From positions 30,465 through 94,464 of the forward strand of contig CADAWN010000003.1 in the NCBI GenBank assembly GCA_902791625.1: 64,000 bases of DNA, given 5' to 3'. A program made the position numbers and the translations under genes. Below, piece after piece: positions 11,201 through 17,971 of the stretch. The DNA comes from an uncultured Erysipelotrichaceae bacterium. GTDB taxonomy: Bacteria > Bacillota_I > Bacilli_A > RF39 > UBA660. Numbering within the stretch: position 1 is the first letter of the stretch; every line of letters begins with the position of its first letter. Under the pieces are notes generated by a model. That model saw nothing but the letters and a program-made list of their open reading frames with translations, was not told the DNA's origin and searched no databases.

Positions 11201-12842
11201 TAAATATATTTGTGATTTAGGTAAAAAAGAAGAAATTAAAACATCTAAATTGTGGTTGGATGCTATACCAGAAAAAATCTTTGTTCAGAATTTAAAAACA
11301 AAATATAATTATCAACCAGAACCATATAATATTACACCTGTAATTGGTGAGTATGATGATCCAGCTAATCAGAAACAAGGTATTTCTTTGCTAAAAATAA
11401 GTGGAGGAAATACATTGATATTTGGTATAGGTGGAAGTGGTAAAGAGAATCTACTAAATACAATAATATATTCATGCATTACTGAACATAGACCAGAAGA
11501 GATTAATTTCTATATTGTTGATTGTGGAGCAGAAACATTAAAAGTATTTAACAAAATACCACATGTAGGAGCGGTAGCAACTACAGGAGAAGAAGAGAAA
11601 ATATATGGAATATTTGATTATATAGTTGAAGAAATAGATAGAAGAAGAAATCTATTTGCTGATTTCGGAGGTAGTTACAAGGAATATATTGCAAATTCAA
11701 ATGAAAAACTTCCTCTTATAACAGTAATAATTAACTACTATGATACATTTGAAGAAAATTATGGAAAATTAGCTGATAGTTTAACTACTTTATATAGAGA
11801 TGGTAGTAAATATGGTGTTATGTTTATTATTACAGCCAATTCTTCAAACTCTATAACTTCTAGAAATAGACAACATTTTAATAATTTCATCACTTTAAAA
11901 CTATCTGATGATACAAAATACATGGATGCGATAGATGCACCAAAAGGATTAATACCTAGTAACTTCTTTGGTAGAGGTTTAATAAAAGTTGATAAGTCTA
12001 TTTTTGAGTTTCAGACGGCTTTATTTGCAGAAAGAAACCAAATGGTTGCTGGAATTAGACAATTAACTGAGCAAATGTCAAAAACATATTCATATAGTGC
12101 TAAGCAAATTAATGTTTTACCATCAGAAGTAAATATAAGTATGTTTGATAATACAGAAAAATCTTTAGATAAATTACCAATCGGTTATTCAGAAAATAGT
12201 AAAGAACCATACTTCTATAATTTCACTATTAATAAGATTAATTCAATAGTGGCTAATGAAATGGATGATGACAAAATTTACTTCATTTTTGCACTTATTA
12301 ACTTATTGTCACACCTGGAAAAAACAAATATAACTTTGGTTGATTTTGCAAAAGTATATGATAGAAATTATGATAATGTAAAAGTTATAAATGAGGATTA
12401 TAATAAAGGTATAATTGAATTAAACAATGATTTCATCAAAAACAAAGAAGTCGATAGTAAAAATATTTGTATTATCTTAGGAATAGGTCAAATAAATGAA
12501 CAACTTGATTCTGGTTCAAAAGAAGTATTGCAACATTTTATTGAGAATATAAATACAATGGATAATGCTTCTATAATATTAATAGATACATATTATTCAT
12601 ATAAAAATATTCAACTTGAAAGTTGGTATATGACTAATGTAGATAAATCATATGGAATATGGTTAGGTACAGATGTAGGAAGTCAAGTGGCAATTAATAT
12701 AACTAATCTATCTACAGATGATAGAGAAAATGATTTCCCACAAATTGGATTTGCTGTTTCAAAAGGTACCAAAGAAACTATAAAATTTGTTATTGACAAG
12801 GGGGATGAAGAAAATGAAGAACAAAGTACTAGTACAAATTAG
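8208..12842 (+). CDS. essC: type VII secretion ATPase EssC (T7SSb, FtsK/SpoIIIE family)
   Basis: 1544 aa; N-terminal FHA-like region, two TMs, [53 protein letters not shown]; second ATPase domain GIGGSGKE; degenerate third domain. Confidence 0.95.
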   Translation: [1544 protein letters not shown]

Positions 12843-13068
12843 TGTACCTGAAATTAATGAAGAATATGATATATATCTTCCTGTTAATAGAACAATAGGA
12901 AATGTTATTAATCTTATATGCCATTCTATATATGAATTATCAAATGGTACTTTTAATGGTACCAACAAAACCTTTTTATATAATTCATTAACAGGTGAAA
13001 AATATTCATCTGAAGTATTAATTAGAAAGACAAATATTAGAAATGGCACAAGATTAATACTTATTTAG
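12814..13068 (+). CDS. esaB: EsaB/YukD ubiquitin-like T7SS protein
   Basis: 84 aa, YDIYLP...IRNGTRLILI ubiquitin-fold pattern; overlaps the essC 3' end; AAGGGGG RBS. Confidence 0.8.
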   Translation: MKNKVLVQISVPEINEEYDIYLPVNRTIGNVINLICHSIYELSNGTFNGTNKTFLYNSLTGEKYSSEVLIRKTNIRNGTRLILI

Positions 13069-13079
13069 GGGGAACTAAA

Positions 13080-14726
13080 ATGAAAATAAGTAATTTAAAA
13101 ATTTATATAACAGAGATAGGTCTTATTGCCAGTGCATTATGCACTGGCTGTACTTTAAGTACTAGCAGTACCAATAGTAATCAAATAGAAACAATAAAAG
13201 ATGTTTCTACTACAGAAACAACATCAACTTTTTCAGAATCTAGTAGTGATTATAGTTCAATTACTAATAGTGAAATTGATAATACAGAAGATAGTATAAA
13301 TGTAGATGAATTAAGTGAAAATGAAAAGTCATATCTCCAGAAAAAAAGCACAATAAATATAAGCTTTTCAAAAACTTTAGATATAATAAATAATACTGAT
13401 ATTAATTGTAAATACAATAATTTATTTGAAATAGATAAGGCATTACATATGTATAATTCATCTAAAATAGAAAATATTAATAATGTTGGTATTATAATTA
13501 ATAATAAGAAGGTTAATAAAGAAAAATTAAAAGAATCAATAATAAGAAATAGTAATAGTAATATTGATGGTGAAATATTAAATAAATGTGTTGATATTTT
13601 AAAAAATAATATAGACTATTTTTTGCAAGATAATAATATAAATATTAATAGATTAGAAAAAAAATTAGAACTTTTAAAAATAGAGGATAATACAGACTTT
13701 GCTTACGCTTATTATTCTCCGTCAAAAAACACATTAGCTATAAATCCAAGAAGTTTAAAAACTATTTCAAATCAAGAAAACTTATCTCTCGATGAGACTT
13801 ATGAAAGAATAGTAGGACATGAAACAAATCATCTATTGCAAGCGATAACAGAAAAAGAAATTAAAGATAATAATTATACTGAATGGTTCGGACCATGCAT
13901 TAAAAGTCCTAATTTAAAAGTTAATTCATTATATTGGGAATGGTATATTGAATCATCTGCTGAACAAATGATAGTAGAAAAAGGTAAATATGATTCTCCA
14001 CTTTTATATCAATTTGAAATAAATGCACTTGATGGTCTTAAAATTGCAACTTTATTTAATGATAAAAAAACAACAGATTTAGAAAGAATAAGTTTATCAA
14101 GCGATATAAATGAATTATATAAGTATTTTAATTGTAATACTGAATATGAAAAAAAAGAATTATTAGAACTATTTTATAAACTAAATTTGATATGTCAAGA
14201 TTCTTTCACTAGCTCATCAGCAGATTTCTACAATTATTATGAAGCTAAAAATGGTTATAGATTATTAGGTGAAGAAAAAGAAAAATTTTTATATAATGTT
14301 TGTACTTCTGTAGCTATGGATGAGGCTAAGTTATTCTATAAGAATTTGATTAATAATATATCAAATAAAGAATGTAAATTAGAAGATATACTTCACTTAA
14401 TATCAATAGAAGAAGATGAATTAGCAATAATTTTAAAAACAAATGTCAAAGAATATGAAGATGATTATACAAAATTTTTAGAAGCTTATATGAATATTCA
14501 AAAATCGTTCTTTGAAGAATTAAGTATATATTATGGAAAAACAAGTGAAGAAATTCAAGAAATATATGATAAATATCATATTTCAAGCCATCAAGATATA
14601 GAGTTATTAAAAGAAGAAAACAGTAATTATTATAAAAAAATGGAAGAGAATAGAAGCACACAAAAGTATTATAGTATAAACGTATTACAAAAATATAATA
14701 TACAAAAGAGTGTAAAGTTAAAGTAA
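13080..14726 (+). CDS. putative lipoprotein with zincin-like HExxH motif
   Basis: LCTGC lipobox-like signal, S/T-rich linker, GHETNH motif, downstream ESSAE. Confidence 0.55.
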   Translation: MKISNLKIYITEIGLIASALCTGCTLSTSSTNSNQIETIKDVSTTETTSTFSESSSDYSSITNSEIDNTEDSINVDELSENEKSYLQKKSTINISFSKTLDIINNTDINCKYNNLFEIDKALHMYNSSKIENINNVGIIINNKKVNKEKLKESIIRNSNSNIDGEILNKCVDILKNNIDYFLQDNNININRLEKKLELLKIEDNTDFAYAYYSPSKNTLAINPRSLKTISNQENLSLDETYERIVGHETNHLLQAITEKEIKDNNYTEWFGPCIKSPNLKVNSLYWEWYIESSAEQMIVEKGKYDSPLLYQFEINALDGLKIATLFNDKKTTDLERISLSSDINELYKYFNCNTEYEKKELLELFYKLNLICQDSFTSSSADFYNYYEAKNGYRLLGEEKEKFLYNVCTSVAMDEAKLFYKNLINNISNKECKLEDILHLISIEEDELAIILKTNVKEYEDDYTKFLEAYMNIQKSFFEELSIYYGKTSEEIQEIYDKYHISSHQDIELLKEENSNYYKKMEENRSTQKYYSINVLQKYNIQKSVKLK

Positions 14727-14741
14727 AAAATATTTAAAATG

Positions 14742-14770
14742 TTGAAATAGTAAATAAAAGGTGCTACTAT
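14742..14770 (+). promoter_or_regulatory. sigma-A promoter of the WXG100 pair
   Basis: TTGAAA-N17-TACTAT with extended TG. Confidence 0.6.
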
Positions 14771-14822
14771 AGTGATAGTAGAAGGGATTCTATTAATAGG
14801 AAAAATATGAGGAGGAAATGGT

Positions 14823-15167
14823 ATGCCAAATTTTAAACTTGATAATCAAAATATGACAATTCAAGATGCAACTTATGGTATTAGTAAAACTGGAATGGAG
14901 CAATATATCAATTCATTAAATGCTTCATTAATTGGTGATACAAAAAAGATACTAGAACAAGTAGAAGGTATTCAATCAGCAGTAGATGCAGGATGGAATG
15001 GTTCTGCAAAGGCCAGTTTCTTAAAATCATTGCAAGAATCAATAATAAAAGTAGAACAAGATCTTGATAAAGAAGAAGTAAGTTTGAGAAGAAGATTAGA
15101 TGAATTACAAGCTTCATATATTTATCAAGAAACACATATTGCAAAGGCTATTGATGAACAAAGATAA
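14823..15167 (+). CDS. WXG100-family T7SS substrate (EsxA-like)
   Basis: 114 aa helical, central WNG, C-terminal YxxxE (YIYQE), strong GAGGAGG RBS, T7SS context. Confidence 0.75.
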   Translation: MPNFKLDNQNMTIQDATYGISKTGMEQYINSLNASLIGDTKKILEQVEGIQSAVDAGWNGSAKASFLKSLQESIIKVEQDLDKEEVSLRRRLDELQASYIYQETHIAKAIDEQR

Positions 15168-15185
15168 TAAAGGAGGAAGTTTTAA

Positions 15186-15680
15186 ATGAAGACATGGTTT
15201 GAAGGTGCTGCTGCTGCACATGGAGATTTTAATGCAAATAAATTTGTAAATGATACAATTGAAAAAAGATCAGATACAAGAACAAAAGAAACTGAACAGT
15301 TTAATTGGACAGGAGGTATTACTGTAGTAGGAATTAATGCTCAAAAGATACCTGCTATGATTGAAGCAATTAATACTTATGTAAATAAAGTTAAAAATCA
15401 TTTAGATGGAATTAAACCAACAGCAGATGCAAATGGTGCATATAAGGGTGAAGAAGTACAAAAAGCAGTAGAAAACTACGTTAATAAAGTAAAAGAATAT
15501 TGTTTTAATTTAACAAGTCAATTAAGAGCATTTAACGATAAATTATCTGATATTGCAAGTGCATATGATAAGAATAAGAGAAAACTTGCTGAAAATATCA
15601 ATACTGATACAGGAAGTTATGCTGCTGGTACTGAATATAAAACTGGTACTAATGCTAATGGAGGAACAGTAGGACGTTAG
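15186..15680 (+). CDS. WXG100-like protein with N- and C-terminal extensions
   Basis: Helix-turn-helix core with YKG at the turn; co-transcribed with the WXG100 gene; strong RBS. Confidence 0.55.
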   Translation: MKTWFEGAAAAHGDFNANKFVNDTIEKRSDTRTKETEQFNWTGGITVVGINAQKIPAMIEAINTYVNKVKNHLDGIKPTADANGAYKGEEVQKAVENYVNKVKEYCFNLTSQLRAFNDKLSDIASAYDKNKRKLAENINTDTGSYAAGTEYKTGTNANGGTVGR

Positions 15681-15681
15681 T

Positions 15682-15709
15682 AAAAAACACTTTTAGGTGT
15701 TTTTTTTTT
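15682..15709 (+). terminator. intrinsic terminator
   Basis: AAAAACAC...GTGTTTTT hairpin plus long T run. Confidence 0.7.
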
Positions 15710-15728
15710 GCATTTTTTTTTATAATTA

Positions 15729-15757
15729 TTGAAAGAATAGAATAAATGTAGTATTAT
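15729..15757 (+). promoter_or_regulatory. sigma-A-like promoter of the small-gene operon
   Basis: TTGAAA-N17-TATTAT. Confidence 0.5.
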
Positions 15758-15775
15758 ATAATAAGATAGCGGGGT

Positions 15776-16126
15776 GTGCATGTGGGAAGTGTTAATTATT
15801 CATTTAGTTTAAATGAAATTGCTATTAATAATATTATATTAGATATTGATAACTATCAAAGGAATATTAAACAAATTTTAAATAGTATGGCAGATATATA
15901 CAAAGATCTATCAAACAATACTAACTACAATGGTAAACAAACATATTTAGCTAAAGCTAATACAGTTGCAGAAAATAATAAAATAATATGTATTAATTTA
16001 GATAATTACAAAGCTGATTTAAATAAAATAAAAACATTATATAAAAAAGCAAGTATTGATGCAGCAGATAAACTAAATAAAGATGCAAGAAATATGTATG
16101 TTGGTACTGAATATAGAAATAAGTAG
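15776..16126 (+). CDS. WXG100-like helical protein
   Basis: About 115 aa helical with central YNG; T7SS context; start may be GTG 15782. Confidence 0.5.
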   Translation: MHVGSVNYSFSLNEIAINNIILDIDNYQRNIKQILNSMADIYKDLSNNTNYNGKQTYLAKANTVAENNKIICINLDNYKADLNKIKTLYKKASIDAADKLNKDARNMYVGTEYRNK

Positions 16127-16131
16127 GTGTA

Positions 16132-16404
16132 ATGATGGAAGAAAACTTAACTCAAGTTATAGAAAAATATGAATACATAAAAACAAGAATGAATTATTAT
16201 AAAAACTATACACAGTACGCTTTAAATGATTTAAATAAAATTATACCTATATTAGAAAAAAATAGAGATTCTGTGTGCATAGGAAGTTATTTAAAAGAGT
16301 TAAAGGCAATAAGAGATAATATAAGTATAAATAGAAATAGAATTATTTATACGTTATTACCAGCTTTAGATATTAAATTAACACAACTAAGAAATCAGTT
16401 GTAG
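16132..16404 (+). CDS. small helical protein, putative T7SS accessory or substrate
   Basis: 90 aa amphipathic helices, AGGTG RBS, tight operon spacing. Confidence 0.45.
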   Translation: MMEENLTQVIEKYEYIKTRMNYYKNYTQYALNDLNKIIPILEKNRDSVCIGSYLKELKAIRDNISINRNRIIYTLLPALDIKLTQLRNQL

Positions 16405-16416
16405 GAGGTTGATAAA

Positions 16417-16698
16417 GTGAGTCAAATCATAATGAATACTGATAAAGTAAAGAGTGATGGACAATCTTTGATGAATTTATCAAAAAATCTAAATGAACAG
16501 CTTAATGGTCTTTTTAGAGTTTTAGAAAACTTAGATAAGATAGGAGCTTGGAAAGGTCAAGCTTCACTATTATATTCAAGCAAAGTAAAAATGGATAAAT
16601 CACAATACTATGCATTTAAAAATAGTGTATATAAAGATGGTAAAAATGCATTTGACGTTGCTTCTTACATGGAAACAGAAATGAGGAAGTTGATATGA
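16417..16698 (+). CDS. WXG100-family T7SS substrate
   Basis: 93 aa, MSQIIMNTDKV N-terminus, central WKG, C-terminal YxxxE (YMETE), GGAGGT RBS. Confidence 0.75.
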   Translation: MSQIIMNTDKVKSDGQSLMNLSKNLNEQLNGLFRVLENLDKIGAWKGQASLLYSSKVKMDKSQYYAFKNSVYKDGKNAFDVASYMETEMRKLI

Positions 16699-17000
16699 TA
16701 GTAAAATATGATAATAGTGCATTAATTAATAAAGTATTACCGGGAATAAATACTGCAAAAAGTAAAATCTCAACAAGTGAAATGTATAATATAAAAAGCA
16801 AGTGTCCAGATGATTTTAATTGTAGAAATTTATTAAATCAAGTACTAAATGAATTACAAGCAGATGTTACAAGATTAACAACACTTTCAAATAATATTAA
16901 TACCAAAAATACTAGAATAACAGTTATAGATAGAAATATTAAAAATAGACTTTATTCAGATAAAGTTGAGACAATGAAAATACAGAAACCGAAGATATAG
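16695..17000 (+). CDS. small helical protein, putative T7SS accessory or substrate
   Basis: 101 aa, ATGA-coupled to the WXG100 gene, helical hairpin pattern. Confidence 0.45.
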   Translation: MIVKYDNSALINKVLPGINTAKSKISTSEMYNIKSKCPDDFNCRNLLNQVLNELQADVTRLTTLSNNINTKNTRITVIDRNIKNRLYSDKVETMKIQKPKI

Positions 17001-17010
17001 GAGGAAAAGA

Positions 17011-17913
17011 ATGAAAAGGGAAATATTACCAATAGGTACAATTTGTGAATTAGATAATAGTAAAATAATAATGATTATAGGATATAAAAATATTTCAATA
17101 GATAATAAAAATATATCTATAAAAGATTATGTAGGAGTAAAATATCCAGAAGGAACTTTATCTACTGAAGAATATAAATTTGATAATGAGAATATAAAAT
17201 CAATATTATATATGGGTTATGTAGATGAAAAATTTGAGAATATAAAAGCTTTATTAAATGATGAAGTAGATTATGAAGAGAAAAAAATGGAATCTACATA
17301 TACATTTGATGAAAATGGAGTTATTACTTCTGAAACTAAAACACCAGTAAAGAATCCCTTCTCTGTGGAAGAACCAAAAGTAGAAAAATTAGATGAAGAT
17401 CCTGGTGATTGGCCAATATTTAAGAATATAGAATTTGATGAAAATGGTGTTGTTGTATCAGCAGAGGAGTATACGCCTTCCAATATACCAGATCAATCAG
17501 ATGTTTTAGGACCAAAATATCAATTTGATGAAAATGGAGTTATTATAGGTGTCGAAGATGAAGAAACACAAAATGAAAAAATAACATTAGTTAATGAGTC
17601 TGAACCAGTTTATGAGTTTGATGCAAATGGTGTTGTAGTAGGAGTAAAAGAAGAAGATTCTACTCAAGAAGAACAAACAGAAGCAAGTGAACCAGAATAT
17701 GAATTTGATGAAAATGGCATTGTTGTAGGAGTAAAAGAAAAAGAATCTGCTAAAGAAGAACAAACAGAAGCAAGTGAACCAGAATATGAATTTGATGAAA
17801 ACGGCGTTGTTGTAGGAGTAAAAGAAAAAGAACCTACTAAAGAAGAACAAAAAGATACAAGTGAACCAAAATATGAGTTTGATGAAAATGGAATGGTTAT
17901 AGGTGTAGAATAG
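17011..17913 (+). CDS. DUF4176-domain protein with long acidic repeat tail
   Basis: LPIGTICEL, IMIIGY, DYVGVKYPEG, FDNENIKSILYMGYVDE match the DUF4176 pattern; seven FD(E/A)NG motifs follow. Confidence 0.75.
   Translation: MKREILPIGTICELDNSKIIMIIGYKNISIDNKNISIKDYVGVKYPEGTLSTEEYKFDNENIKSILYMGYVDEKFENIKALLNDEVDYEEKKMESTYTFDENGVITSETKTPVKNPFSVEEPKVEKLDEDPGDWPIFKNIEFDENGVVVSAEEYTPSNIPDQSDVLGPKYQFDENGVIIGVEDEETQNEKITLVNESEPVYEFDANGVVVGVKEEDSTQEEQTEASEPEYEFDENGIVVGVKEKESAKEEQTEASEPEYEFDENGVVVGVKEKEPTKEEQKDTSEPKYEFDENGMVIGVE
17601..17910 (+). repeat. 87-bp (29-codon) coding tandem repeat, about 3.5 copies
   Basis: GAACCA..TATGA.TTTGATG units begin at 17602, 17689, 17776, 17863. Confidence 0.9.
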
Positions 17914-17971
17914 AAAACATTTAATTGTTTTCTTTTTTTTATCATGATATAATATGCTACAGGTGATGTAT

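Noticed and set aside
11400-12842. Degenerate Walker motifs in later EssC domains as a sign of pseudogenisation
   Set aside because: Non-catalytic distal ATPase domains are normal for EssC/EccC; the ORF is uninterrupted and the first domain is intact
17601-17910. Regularly spaced repeats as a possible CRISPR array
   Set aside because: The units are in-frame 87-bp coding repeats with similar rather than unique spacers, and no cas genes are present in the window
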